A program made the position numbers and the translations under genes. Shown here one piece after another: positions 1 through 9,917 of a stretch of DNA of 42,929 bases (within the stretch, counting starts at the first letter, position 1; each line of letters opens with the position of its first letter). This stretch comes from a virus. Below the pieces are notes generated by a model that was given only the letters and a program-made list of their open reading frames with translations, was not told the origin of the DNA and did not search any database. The stretch lies in the IMG/VR virus record IMGVR_UViG_3300045988_057118; one strand, 5' to 3'.

Positions 1-119
1 AAAACTGCAAAGGTACATAAGGAATGCGGTAAATATAAGCAGAATAAGAGTGTATTAAAGTAGCACGGCACCGTCACGAAGATGAGCTCCGTATGTCTCG
101 TCGTAAAAATAAAAAAAAT
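1..119. repeat. 119-bp direct repeat identical to 42811-42929 (window termini); circular-assembly overlap or terminal redundancy
   Basis: Exact identity of bases 1-119 with 42811-42929 by inspection; ORF 42685..42873 reads through the repeat and its last 62 nt equal bases 1-62. Confidence 0.85.
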
Positions 120-286
120 AAATTTAAATTATACCGTGTTTTGTTAAATTTTTGAGCAATTTTTTTGTGGGTCCTTCTAGCAAAAATTAAAAGCATGCGG
201 TGGCCGAGACCCCAAAATTTGCCTAGATTTTAATTTTTTTATGGCCTTGCTAGTGATACAGGTAATGAAAGGAGGCTGATTGATAA
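60..286 (+). promoter_or_regulatory. Candidate cos/packaging-site region with phased A/T tracts and GC-rich inverted elements (GGGTCC ... GAGACCCC) upstream of terS
   Basis: Non-coding and AT-rich, with A- or T-tracts roughly every helical turn and isolated GC-rich boxes, immediately upstream of a Nu1/gpA-type terminase pair. Confidence 0.3.
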
Positions 287-817
287 GTGAAAATTACAGA
301 TGATTTGAAAACAGCAACAGCCTCTCAGTCGAACTTGGCAAAAGCACTTGGGCTCTCGCGTCAACGTGTTTCGCAACTGCTCCAAGAAGGGGTTTTAGCA
401 ACGGATGAAAAGAACCAAATTCTGGTTATCAAATCCGTTATCAATTATGTCAAATATAAGGGCCAATCTTCTGCTGAAGAGGAAAGCAGTTCCGATGATG
501 CGATATTCGAGGTTGAAAAGGCCAAGAATGAACGTGCGAAACGCAAGATTGCTGAGTTGAAGCTAGCCAAAATGAACGGCGAAGTGTACTCAGCAGATAC
601 TGTAGAACAGGTTATGACAGAAATGCTTGTGAATTTGCGTACACAATTATTAGGATTGCCAACAAAACTGGCTCCACAATTACAGAATGTAACAAAAGAG
701 GAAGCATATAACCTGTTAACTCAAGAAATTGAGGACAAATTATCAGAATTAAGTGAATATACGCCGTCATTATTCATGGATAGCGATGATGCAGATGAGG
801 AGGAAGTGCGAAAATGA
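287..817 (+). CDS. Terminase small subunit (HTH, Nu1-like) candidate
   Basis: 176 aa with an N-terminal helix-turn-helix (LAKALGLSRQRVSQLLQEGV) and an acidic C-terminus, at the head of the packaging module upstream of the gpA-type large terminase. GTG start follows AGGAGG. Confidence 0.55.
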   Translation: MKITDDLKTATASQSNLAKALGLSRQRVSQLLQEGVLATDEKNQILVIKSVINYVKYKGQSSAEEESSSDDAIFEVEKAKNERAKRKIAELKLAKMNGEVYSADTVEQVMTEMLVNLRTQLLGLPTKLAPQLQNVTKEEAYNLLTQEIEDKLSELSEYTPSLFMDSDDADEEEVRK

Positions 818-2124
818 CAATATTAGATTGCATGATGAAAGCCTTATCTGTTCGTGAGCTTCATGAAATACCAGGTGTATTAATGGATGTGTTGCTTGAT
901 CATAATAAACTAGAAAGATTAATTGCGAATATGAGTGGTTGTTATTCGTATTCTGGATTATTACAGGAATTTGAAGAAAAAGCAGCAGATAGAAAAAACT
1001 ATATGCAAGACTATACGCCTCAAAGTGTTATGGATATCGTAGCAGGTATATCCACTAATGGTTGTGTAAGAGATGTATGTGCTGGCATAGGCGGTCTTTC
1101 GCTAGCTAAGTATAAGAATAATCCAGATGTAGTATTACAGCTTGAGGAATATTCTAAAAATGCGATATGTTTTTTACTTTTTAATTTGGTAATGAACGGA
1201 GTACCTGCTGTTGTAATAGAACGAAATGTACTAACTCAAGAAAATATAGCGAAATATAAGGTGGAGATTAGTAATCAAGCGCCACAGATTATCAGAGAAG
1301 TATGTATAGATGAAGGTACATATAAGGCTGATACGATTATTAGTAATCCTCCATATAGTCTATCGTGGGTGCCTGTTAATGATGAACGTTTTGATGGGTA
1401 TAAATTAGCACCAAAAAGTAAATCAGATTATGCTTTTATTTTAGATGGTATTTATTCTCTTAAAAATAACGGGACAGCAGTGTATATTTTACCGCATGGT
1501 GCCTTATTCCGCGGACAAGCTGAAGGTGATATTCGTCAAAATTTGATTAAAAACAATTTGCTTGATGCGGTAATAGGATTACCATCTAATTTATTTACCA
1601 ATACAGGGATACCTGTATGTATACTTGTATTTAAGAAAAATAGAGTAAATAAAGATATATTATTTATCGATGCTCAAAAAGGTTTCGTTAAGGATAAAAG
1701 CAAAAATATAATGACATCAGAACATGTGTTAAAAGTTATTGATACTTATAACAATCGTTCTGATATTGAAAAGTATTCAAGAAAAGTTAGCATTTCTGAA
1801 ATAGAAGAAAACGATTATAACTTGAATATACCTAGATATATTGATAGCTTTGAGCCTGAAGAAATACCAGATGCAGTACAGCTTGCTAAAGAACTGAACG
1901 AAATTAATCGAGAAAGTCGGACGTTGGGTTTAGAAATTGCGGAGATGTTAAAGCTATTAGTTTGTACGGATCCAGACGCGCAGAAGGAGCATGATGAATT
2001 TGTAAAAGAATTTACAGAATTCTTGGTATCTTCTGATAGTGCTTGTACAATTGAGGAGCAAGAAGCTGTGATAAAAAAAATAGAAGATGTTAAGAAGTAT
2101 TTACTTCAAAAGATGTTTGTGTAA
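814..2124 (+). CDS. N6-adenine DNA methyltransferase, HsdM/N-6 DNA methylase family (gamma class)
   Basis: Motif I-like CAGIGG, motif IV IISNPPYS (NPPY), and a YTPQSV motif typical of HsdM; 436 aa; start overlaps the upstream stop (translational coupling). Confidence 0.8.
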   Translation: MTILDCMMKALSVRELHEIPGVLMDVLLDHNKLERLIANMSGCYSYSGLLQEFEEKAADRKNYMQDYTPQSVMDIVAGISTNGCVRDVCAGIGGLSLAKYKNNPDVVLQLEEYSKNAICFLLFNLVMNGVPAVVIERNVLTQENIAKYKVEISNQAPQIIREVCIDEGTYKADTIISNPPYSLSWVPVNDERFDGYKLAPKSKSDYAFILDGIYSLKNNGTAVYILPHGALFRGQAEGDIRQNLIKNNLLDAVIGLPSNLFTNTGIPVCILVFKKNRVNKDILFIDAQKGFVKDKSKNIMTSEHVLKVIDTYNNRSDIEKYSRKVSISEIEENDYNLNIPRYIDSFEPEEIPDAVQLAKELNEINRESRTLGLEIAEMLKLLVCTDPDAQKEHDEFVKEFTEFLVSSDSACTIEEQEAVIKKIEDVKKYLLQKMFV

Positions 2125-2519
2125 TGTTAAAAAATTACAAGAAATTTAAAATTACGGAAGTTGCTGATATACTGGGGCGTCCTAAGAAGAATCAAATGTA
2201 TCCGGAGGGTTGTATTTGCTTGCAAGTATCTGCAAGTAAAGGGGAGTTATTATATTTAGATACATCACAACAAGTTGATGCAAAATATGTGGTGATTCAA
2301 CCGAGAAATGTAATTCCCTTTTATTTATATTTGATGATAGAAAAGGCAATGCCTGAATTCTTATATAAATATAGACAAGGACTAAATATATCAGCACATG
2401 ACATAAAACATATGGAGGTAGTGTGCCATACGGATGTCGAAACTCAGGCATTAATAGCTATGATGTTTACATCTATAAATGGTACAAGGTTAAGCGTACA
2501 AATGGGTGCGCTTTTTTAG
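2124..2519 (+). CDS. Half-size type I specificity (HsdS-like) target-recognition domain protein
   Basis: 131 aa, coupled ATGTAA overlap with the MTase. Shows the HsdS-like pattern KITEVADILGRP ... FYLYLMIEKAMPEFLYKYRQGLNISAHDIKHMEV, resembling the conserved end of a TRD. Confidence 0.5.
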   Translation: MLKNYKKFKITEVADILGRPKKNQMYPEGCICLQVSASKGELLYLDTSQQVDAKYVVIQPRNVIPFYLYLMIEKAMPEFLYKYRQGLNISAHDIKHMEVVCHTDVETQALIAMMFTSINGTRLSVQMGALF

Positions 2520-2540
2520 TTTAAAAAAGGAGGTGATAGC

Positions 2541-4445
2541 ATGAAAACGGCAAAAGAATTGTGGCAATATGTCTCTAAAATGGGTCTAAAACCACTACCT
2601 AAAACCAGTGTTAGCCAATGGGCTGATGATTATCGCATGCTATCACAAGGCCTTTCTGCTGAACCAGGACGATGGAAAACGAGTAGAGCACCATATCAAA
2701 AGGATATTATGGATGCTTTCACGCAACCTGGTATAAATCGGGTAGTTGTTAAGTCAGCATCACAGGTCGGGAAGTCGGACATAATGAATAATGTCCTCGG
2801 GCGATACGCTCACCTTGACCCATGCGCAGTCATGATGATTCAACCGACTATCGAATTAGCTCAAGATTATTCAAAGTCTCGTATCTCTCCGATGATCCGT
2901 GATACAAAAGTACTTTCACAAGTATTCTATGAAACAAAATCAGAAGACGGGGCCAAGACACGAGATGGTAAGAACACAATCTTATCTAAACTCTTTCCTG
3001 GTGGCCGTCTTATCATGTGTGGCGCGAACAGTCCAGCAGGATTGGCATCACGTCCTGTGCGTGTTCTACTAGCTGACGAAGTAGACCGCTTCCCAGATAG
3101 TGCCGGTACAGAAGGCGACCCAGTAGACCTTGCTGCAAAACGTATGACAACGTTCTGGAACAGGGTCATGGGGTTATTCTCTACGCCAACTAATGAAGGT
3201 AGCTCACGAATCGATGTAGAGTATCAAACAGGAACTCAAGAAGAGTGGCAACATGAGTGCCCTAATTGTGGTGAGTACCATTTGATACGACATACTGAGA
3301 TGGAATGTGAGACAGAGGAACATAAGGACGCTAAAGGTCGGAAGATTGTAGTAGTTAGTGATGTAAAATGGCGGTGCCCTGACTGCGGGTCCACATTCTC
3401 AGAAGATGAAATACGAAAAGTTCCTCAAAAGTATATATCGAAAAACCCTGCTGCGTTGCATAATGGCATACGCAGTTTTTTTGTAAATGGATTCACGTCT
3501 CCGTGGCTAACATGGAATGACATCATGAGGGAATGGCTAGAGGCTAAAGGCGACCCTACTCGTGAAAAGGTAGTTATGAATACACGTTTCGGTGAGTCAT
3601 ACGCACAGCAAGGTGCCTTTGAAGACTATCAACAATTCATTAGGCGTCGTGAGAAATATGGCTCAGACCTCCCGGACGGTGTATTACTGCTAACTGGAGC
3701 CGTAGATACACAAGATAATCGGTTAGAGTATGAAATCACCGGTTGGGGGTACGGCGAAGAATGTTGGGGGATATGTAAGGGCGTTATCCTTGGGGAACCT
3801 GACAATAAAGCAACATGGGATGCACTTGATGCGGTACTTGATAAGGTGTACCGCTTTAAGAATGGTACAGGCCTTAAAGTAGCTCGTGCTTTCATTGACT
3901 CCGGTGGTCACTACACATCAAAAGTCTATGAATATTGTGAAAAGAACTTCAGTAAGCAACGATTTGCCATCAAAGGTACGGCCGGAACACCTGGTATACC
4001 TTTGAATTATAAGATTGGTAAAGCATCGGGAAGCAAGATTCCGCTTGTCATGCTAGGTGTAGATGATGGGAAACAACAGGTAATGAACCGATTGGCTATC
4101 GAAGAGCCTGGTGCGAAGTACTTTCATTTCCCATTGGATGAAGAATTCCTAGGAACTAGAGGATATGACGAACTGTATTTTAAAGGGATTATCTCGGAAC
4201 ACAAGAAGAAAATAAAACGTAAGGGCGTTATCCATGAAATATGGGAACCAACTGCAGGGGTTCGTAATGAACCTTTGGATTTACGTGTATATAACCTAGC
4301 ATGTATGAATTCAATCCATCCTGATTGGGATAGATTAGCGGAAGTAGTTAAAGGTGGAGGCCATTCCACTACAACAGTAACTACTCCACGAAAGAAACCA
4401 ATACGGAAACGTGTTCGTAGGGCTAGTAAAGTAGCAGATATTTAG
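2541..4445 (+). CDS. terL: Terminase large subunit, lambda gpA family
   Basis: 634 aa with a Walker A-like VVKSASQVGKSD, a zinc-finger-like CPNCG...CPDCG, and gpA-like length and layout. RBS AAGGAGGTG. Confidence 0.9.
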   Translation: MKTAKELWQYVSKMGLKPLPKTSVSQWADDYRMLSQGLSAEPGRWKTSRAPYQKDIMDAFTQPGINRVVVKSASQVGKSDIMNNVLGRYAHLDPCAVMMIQPTIELAQDYSKSRISPMIRDTKVLSQVFYETKSEDGAKTRDGKNTILSKLFPGGRLIMCGANSPAGLASRPVRVLLADEVDRFPDSAGTEGDPVDLAAKRMTTFWNRVMGLFSTPTNEGSSRIDVEYQTGTQEEWQHECPNCGEYHLIRHTEMECETEEHKDAKGRKIVVVSDVKWRCPDCGSTFSEDEIRKVPQKYISKNPAALHNGIRSFFVNGFTSPWLTWNDIMREWLEAKGDPTREKVVMNTRFGESYAQQGAFEDYQQFIRRREKYGSDLPDGVLLLTGAVDTQDNRLEYEITGWGYGEECWGICKGVILGEPDNKATWDALDAVLDKVYRFKNGTGLKVARAFIDSGGHYTSKVYEYCEKNFSKQRFAIKGTAGTPGIPLNYKIGKASGSKIPLVMLGVDDGKQQVMNRLAIEEPGAKYFHFPLDEEFLGTRGYDELYFKGIISEHKKKIKRKGVIHEIWEPTAGVRNEPLDLRVYNLACMNSIHPDWDRLAEVVKGGGHSTTTVTTPRKKPIRKRVRRASKVADI

Positions 4446-4453
4446 GAGGATGT

Positions 4454-4699
4454 ATGGCAACTAGTTATTCAAGTAAGCCAAGGCTCATTGACGTCCGGTT
4501 AGAGTGGTACGTCAAAGCTGAGGAAGCAATATTGACCGGCCAAAGCTATACAATCGGAAATCGGACTCTTACAAGGGCAAATTTAGCAGAAGTAAGGAAA
4601 ATGATTGATGATTTAGTGGCAAGAGGCGCTAAATTACCAGGTATGGATACAGATAATGGGCGTGGGAACCGGTCAAAACGGGTAGTTTTTAGGGATTAG
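4454..4699 (+). CDS. Head-tail joining protein gpW-like
   Basis: 81 aa, immediately after terL and before the portal as in lambda; gpW-like sequence pattern. Confidence 0.55.
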   Translation: MATSYSSKPRLIDVRLEWYVKAEEAILTGQSYTIGNRTLTRANLAEVRKMIDDLVARGAKLPGMDTDNGRGNRSKRVVFRD

Positions 4700-4708
4700 G
4701 AGACTGAA

Positions 4709-6316
4709 ATGGCGAGAAAAAACAAGAAATTTAACGCTAAAATAGGCACTCCGAGGGCTAAAAATAGCGGATATAGTGAGGGCGGGGCCTCTCATAATAA
4801 CAAGTCATTGAAGGGATATAACCCTAGAAAACTGGGTTATAAGGCTGATATTGGTGCAAATCTATCAACTTTGCGTGATAGATCTGCAGATTTAGCCATC
4901 AATACACCAGTCGGAACAGCTGCAATTAACACGAGTACGACTCATACAGTTGGTGCAGGCCTCAATGTGTTCCCTAGACCTAAGTTTCAAATCTTGGGAA
5001 TCAGTGCAGAGGAAGCTAGAGCATGGGCTCGTAAGGTTCGCGCTGAGTTTGACTTGTGGGCTGAATCAAAAGACTGTGATATTTATCGCAAAAATAATTT
5101 ATACGATATGCAAAGCATCGCATATCAAGGATATCTTACAGATGGTGATAGTTTCGCCGTATTCAGACGTAAGCCAACTACACCAGATATGCCGTATACG
5201 TTGCGCCTTCAATTAATTGAAGGTAATCGTGTAAGTAATCCGCTTACTGATTCCACATATGTTACAGGTGACCCATCTGGTGTTGAAGCGCTTAACCCAA
5301 ATAATGGGAACCGCATATTGAATGGTATAGAAATTGATACTGATGGCGCTATTGTAGCCTACTGGGTATCCAATCAAGTACCTGGCGAACCAATTACAAG
5401 TGTATTAACTACATGGGCAAGGGTTGAAGCATATGGCAAACGTACAAGTATTCCGAATGTACTGCAAATTAGTAATGATACTAGACCAGAGCAGTACAGA
5501 GGGGTGCCTTATTTAGCTCCAGTTATTGAAACGCTAAAGCAAGTGTATCGATACACAAATGCAGAACTTACATCGGCCATTATTAAATCGTACTTTGCAC
5601 TATTCTTTACGGAAGCCGTGACTAACTCTGGTTCATTAAATGATATGTTGGCCGACAATGGTGTTGATGATCCAACGGAACCAGTAGTCGATGTATCAGA
5701 ATACAATTTAGGACCTGGCACATTAAATGCCTTACCTAAAGGTGTGGATGTAAAAAGTGTTGATGCTTCCAATGCTCAATCTACTTTTGAAGTATTTAGT
5801 ACCCAACTCATCAAACAAGTAGGTGCTGCACTTAACCAGCCTTACGAAGTATTGATGAAGAACTTTAACTCTTCGTATTCTGCAAGCCGTGCAGCAATGT
5901 TACAGGCTTGGGAAGAATATAAACTACGTCGCAAGTGGTTCGCTCGTGACTTCTGCCAACCAATCTATGAGGTATGGTTAATGGAAGCAGTAGCGAACGG
6001 CCGAATTGAAGCGCCTAGTTTCTTTGATGATCCATTAATTCGAAAAGCATGGTGCAATGCCGATTGGTTCGGACCAACGATGTCCATCCTTGACCCTGTT
6101 AAGGATATGAATGGTAGTACCCTTCGCATTGAGAATGGAGTTTCCACTCGCGAACGTGAAGCGGCTGAAATGACAGGGACAGACCTTGAAGAAAACATTG
6201 CACAACTTGCATTTGAAAAGCAACTCATGGAGAAATATGGCATGGGGCTAGCTGATGCGGTAAATCCTTCCGTTGGCTCTAAATCTGAAGCGAAAGGAGG
6301 TGAAGAGGATGAATAA
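4709..6316 (+). CDS. Portal protein (lambda gpB-like)
   Basis: 535 aa; position after gpW and before the ClpP-like protease; acidic C-terminus. Confidence 0.8.
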   Translation: MARKNKKFNAKIGTPRAKNSGYSEGGASHNNKSLKGYNPRKLGYKADIGANLSTLRDRSADLAINTPVGTAAINTSTTHTVGAGLNVFPRPKFQILGISAEEARAWARKVRAEFDLWAESKDCDIYRKNNLYDMQSIAYQGYLTDGDSFAVFRRKPTTPDMPYTLRLQLIEGNRVSNPLTDSTYVTGDPSGVEALNPNNGNRILNGIEIDTDGAIVAYWVSNQVPGEPITSVLTTWARVEAYGKRTSIPNVLQISNDTRPEQYRGVPYLAPVIETLKQVYRYTNAELTSAIIKSYFALFFTEAVTNSGSLNDMLADNGVDDPTEPVVDVSEYNLGPGTLNALPKGVDVKSVDASNAQSTFEVFSTQLIKQVGAALNQPYEVLMKNFNSSYSASRAAMLQAWEEYKLRRKWFARDFCQPIYEVWLMEAVANGRIEAPSFFDDPLIRKAWCNADWFGPTMSILDPVKDMNGSTLRIENGVSTREREAAEMTGTDLEENIAQLAFEKQLMEKYGMGLADAVNPSVGSKSEAKGGEEDE

Positions 6317-7391
6317 ATTTTGGTCTGTTAAGAATTTTGTAAATCAAGATGGTACCGGTCAATCTGAATTGATTTTGTATGGTGATATTTCTGATACCTC
6401 TTGGTGGGGTGATGAAATTACACCACGTGAATTTGCAAGTGACTTGGCTAGTTGTAATGGTAATGACTTAACAATGCGCATCAACTCTGGTGGTGGTGAC
6501 GTGTTCGCAGCACAAGCTATCCACAATATGATCAAAGCCTATACTGGCAAAGTAACAGCACATATTGATGGCTTATGCGCAAGTGCTGCTACAATTATTG
6601 CCTGTGCGGCGGATAAGGTAATCATGCCAAGTAATGCTCTGTACATGATTCACAATCCATCTGTATTTCTAGGTGATAGCTTTGATGCGGACGGATTAAC
6701 TAAAATGGCTAACTATTTGGCGAGTGTTAAACAGACAATCGCAAACGTTTATTTGAGCCGTAGCGACGTTTTGACATCTGAACAGGTAAATACACTTATG
6801 GATGATGAAACGTGGCTCACGGCGGACGAGGCGAAGTCCTACGGCCTGATTGATGAAGTAGATACGGCGATTACGGACAAAGCTGTTATGAATAACGGAA
6901 TGGTTATCGTAAACAAAGTATCTTGCAAATACTCGGCCAAAAATGAAGCCAAAATCAAACAATTTTTAACAAGTAAGGAGAAACCTATGACTGAAAACCA
7001 ATTCATGGCAAGCTTAAAAGGTTTGCTCGGTATTTCTACAAATGAACCTGCAGAAAACGCAGCAGTAACAGCAGAACGCGAACGCGTTGAAGCATTAAAT
7101 ACGTTAAAAGGTGATAATGAAGTCGTCAATCGTTTAGTTGATGTAGCTGTTAAAGAAGGTAAAACAGTAAATGAAGTAACACCTTTCATCTCTGCCGTAT
7201 CTGATATTCCTGCAAGTGATAACAAAGTAGTTGACCAAATTCGACAATTAGTTATTGATCAAATGGAATCTGGTGCGGATAAAGTGGCCCCTCAAGGTGC
7301 ATCTACACCAGAAACCAATGATGCAGTAGCAAAAGCTAGTGCAATTGATGAAGTCGTAGCATTTGCGAATGCTAAGAAAGGCGGTAAATAA
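6309..7391 (+). CDS. Prohead protease (ClpP/S49-like) fused to a scaffold-like C-terminal domain
   Basis: ClpP-like core (NSGGGDVFAAQAIHNMIKAY ... MIHNPS) plus an Ala/Val/Glu-rich C-terminal half. ATG at 6309 preceded by GGAGGTG; overlaps the portal stop. Confidence 0.8.
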   Translation: MNKFWSVKNFVNQDGTGQSELILYGDISDTSWWGDEITPREFASDLASCNGNDLTMRINSGGGDVFAAQAIHNMIKAYTGKVTAHIDGLCASAATIIACAADKVIMPSNALYMIHNPSVFLGDSFDADGLTKMANYLASVKQTIANVYLSRSDVLTSEQVNTLMDDETWLTADEAKSYGLIDEVDTAITDKAVMNNGMVIVNKVSCKYSAKNEAKIKQFLTSKEKPMTENQFMASLKGLLGISTNEPAENAAVTAERERVEALNTLKGDNEVVNRLVDVAVKEGKTVNEVTPFISAVSDIPASDNKVVDQIRQLVIDQMESGADKVAPQGASTPETNDAVAKASAIDEVVAFANAKKGGK

Positions 7392-7729
7392 TGGCATATT
7401 TCGAACAAGTAAATGGTGTCGCAGCTGATTACCTATTAGGTGGTGGCGGTGTACCTGTATTAACTCAAAATGTAAAAGTAGTAGCCGGTGATTATAAACG
7501 TGGCCAAGTTCTTGAAAACAACTCTGGTACATTCCAAAAAATCGCAAGTGGTAAGCCTGCGGGTATCGTAGTATCTGATACTACTGCAACTACTGACCAC
7601 AATGTATTAACTGTATACATTTCCGGTCGCTTTAATCGTGAAGTATTGGTAGTTGACCAAGCTTACAAAATTAATGATCATGAAGCGGACTTTAAGGACG
7701 CTCACTTATTCTTAACTAGCATTAAATAG
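7391..7729 (+). CDS. Head decoration protein (gpD-like)
   Basis: 112 aa between protease/scaffold and major capsid, the lambda D position and size; coupled ATGGCATAA-type start. Confidence 0.6.
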   Translation: MAYFEQVNGVAADYLLGGGGVPVLTQNVKVVAGDYKRGQVLENNSGTFQKIASGKPAGIVVSDTTATTDHNVLTVYISGRFNREVLVVDQAYKINDHEADFKDAHLFLTSIK

Positions 7730-7742
7730 GGGGAACTATATA

Positions 7743-8792
7743 ATGGCAATTGATTTCAAAGATACATTTTCCTTGATGCAAGCTGTGGAACGAATGAAAA
7801 CTCCGGCAAGTTTCTTGCTTGATACTTTCTTCCCACAAGTTCCAGCAGTTGCAACTTCTAAAAAAATCGCAGTAGAAACTCGTAAACGTGGTCGCACATT
7901 AGCACCTTTCGTATCTCGTGGTGCATCTGGCGTTAATGTTAAACGTGCAGGATCTAAAATTGCTTTATACGAAGCACCTATGATGGGCCCTCGTACAGTT
8001 ATTGACCCAGAACAACTTGATCAACGTGCATTTGCTGAAAACATTGTGTCTACAATGACACCTGCACAACGTGCCGCACAAATGCAAGCTGAAGATTTGT
8101 CTTACTTACAAGGCACAATTATTAATCGTAAAAATAAAATGGCAGCCGATTTGCTTACTACTGGTAAATGCAAAATCGAAGGCTATGCTGACGATGGTGA
8201 AACAGTTCAAGTTGATGAAATTGATTTCGAATTTGAACAAGACATTACACCTACTACTACTTGGGACCAAGCGGGTGCTGACATTTATGGCGACTTGAAA
8301 ATGGCGTCCGAAAAAATTCAAGAAAACGCAGGTATCGTTCCAACTGTGTTAGTCGTTGGTAAAAACGTTGAAAAATACATTCTTGATAATGCATCCATCA
8401 ACAAAATGTTAGCAATTCCTAATCGCGAAAACATGTCTATGTTCAGTTTTGCTCCTGAATACTTGTCTCCACAAGTTCGATATGTTGGCCGTATCATGTC
8501 TTTGAATATTGATGTGTACGCATACCTTGAAACATATCAAGATGATGAAGGTAAAGTAAAATCCTTTATTGGTGATGATGCAGCAGTATTAGGTGTTCCT
8601 GGCCGTGGCCGTCAACAACATGCAGCAGTAACATTGCTCAACGATGACAATCAATTCACAACATATGCAGGCATTTATGTACCTTACTACTATGCTAATA
8701 AGGCTACACAAGAATTAACATTGTCTGTATACTCCCGTTGCGTATTGATTCCTGAAACTATCGACGATTGGGCTACTATTAAGACTAAATAG
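7743..8792 (+). CDS. Major capsid protein (lambda gpE-like)
   Basis: 349 aa, highly expressed-gene codon usage, position after the D-like gene. Confidence 0.8.
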   Translation: MAIDFKDTFSLMQAVERMKTPASFLLDTFFPQVPAVATSKKIAVETRKRGRTLAPFVSRGASGVNVKRAGSKIALYEAPMMGPRTVIDPEQLDQRAFAENIVSTMTPAQRAAQMQAEDLSYLQGTIINRKNKMAADLLTTGKCKIEGYADDGETVQVDEIDFEFEQDITPTTTWDQAGADIYGDLKMASEKIQENAGIVPTVLVVGKNVEKYILDNASINKMLAIPNRENMSMFSFAPEYLSPQVRYVGRIMSLNIDVYAYLETYQDDEGKVKSFIGDDAAVLGVPGRGRQQHAAVTLLNDDNQFTTYAGIYVPYYYANKATQELTLSVYSRCVLIPETIDDWATIKTK

Positions 8793-8806
8793 GGGGTAAC
8801 CTACTT

Positions 8807-9043
8807 ATGAAAATCAGAGTATTAAAGGGTTATTTAGCACATGAAGGCGAGATGTATGGCAAAGGCGAAGTAGTCGACATCAAAAAGAAAACGGTTGCGT
8901 TGTCCTTGCTTGAATCTGATAAGTTTGAATCTGCTGAAGATGATCCTATCGAAGTACCGGAACCATTGGAAGTCGTTCCAGATGAACCAGAAGAAGAAAT
9001 GGAATTACCTGAAGTTGATGCGGAAGTTACGGTGAAAAAATAA
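8807..9043 (+). CDS. Hypothetical acidic protein (FI-position)
   Basis: 78 aa, very acidic C-terminus; between capsid and FII-like gene. Confidence 0.4.
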   Translation: MKIRVLKGYLAHEGEMYGKGEVVDIKKKTVALSLLESDKFESAEDDPIEVPEPLEVVPDEPEEEMELPEVDAEVTVKK

Positions 9044-9396
9044 TGCGATTTAGAGATTACCTAGAAAGCGATATTGACGATGTATTCCTTAATGAAGACG
9101 AATTCGCCGAAGGGCATAATCTAAATGGCACAGTAGCTAAAGCGATTATCCAATCGCCAACGGCGAGGGAGTCATTCTTGTCGAATGGCTCTCACGTATC
9201 AAATGACGGATTACACGGGGTGTCTGTATTTGTGCATTGCAAATTAAAGGACATCCCTGAAATTCCATCACAGGGAAACGTATTCCGATTAGATGATGAT
9301 GTGTACATCGTTCAAAGTGCAACGGAAGAAGATGGGCTCGTGTCTATCGAACTTAGAGCAGAAGCTAGAGGCGGTGTTGACGGATGGTTGAGCTAG
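9043..9396 (+). CDS. Head-tail joining protein, gpFII-like
   Basis: 117 aa (lambda FII is 117 aa) with a similar hydrophobic/charged pattern; coupled start. Confidence 0.5.
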   Translation: MRFRDYLESDIDDVFLNEDEFAEGHNLNGTVAKAIIQSPTARESFLSNGSHVSNDGLHGVSVFVHCKLKDIPEIPSQGNVFRLDDDVYIVQSATEEDGLVSIELRAEARGGVDGWLS

Positions 9397-9917
9397 AACT
9401 TGATAAAAGTGCAGTGAAAACAATTGAAAAAGCACTGGAAACATTAAAAGAAGATAGAGTTCGACGTGTCTGCCAAGCCGCATCTAAGCGTGCTGCAACA
9501 ACCGCAAGAAAAGCAGGTACGCAAGCACTACGTAATATCTACGCCATTAAAGGTGTATCGGTCGTAAAGTCTGGTGTATCTATTAATAAATTGAATGGTG
9601 GCACAGAAATGCGTATCAAAGGTGGTTATACTAGCGCTCAAAAGTACTTTAAGATTAAATCGCTTAAACGAAAAGGTGTGTTTGTGTCTATTAAAAAAGG
9701 TACAGAAACAAAGGTACCAAATGGCTTTGTTAGTGCATCTGGTATATTCATGAAACGCCAAGGCAAGGACCGATACCCATTAAAAGGGATATATGGACCA
9801 GCCTTACCGCAAATGTTTGGTAATGAAACTGTTATGAATGCCATGCAAAAAGAAGGCATGGAAATGTATGAAAAGCGCCTATATCACGAATTAGAGCGTG
9901 CGTTAGGAGGTAACTAA
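9384..9917 (+). CDS. Tail completion / gpZ-position protein
   Basis: 177 aa basic protein in the neck module. Confidence 0.35.
   Translation: MVELELDKSAVKTIEKALETLKEDRVRRVCQAASKRAATTARKAGTQALRNIYAIKGVSVVKSGVSINKLNGGTEMRIKGGYTSAQKYFKIKSLKRKGVFVSIKKGTETKVPNGFVSASGIFMKRQGKDRYPLKGIYGPALPQMFGNETVMNAMQKEGMEMYEKRLYHELERALGGN

Noticed and set aside
1-62. Partial ORF at the start of the window
   Set aside because: It is the 3' end of ORF 42685..42873, duplicated by the 119-bp terminal overlap. Not a separate gene.
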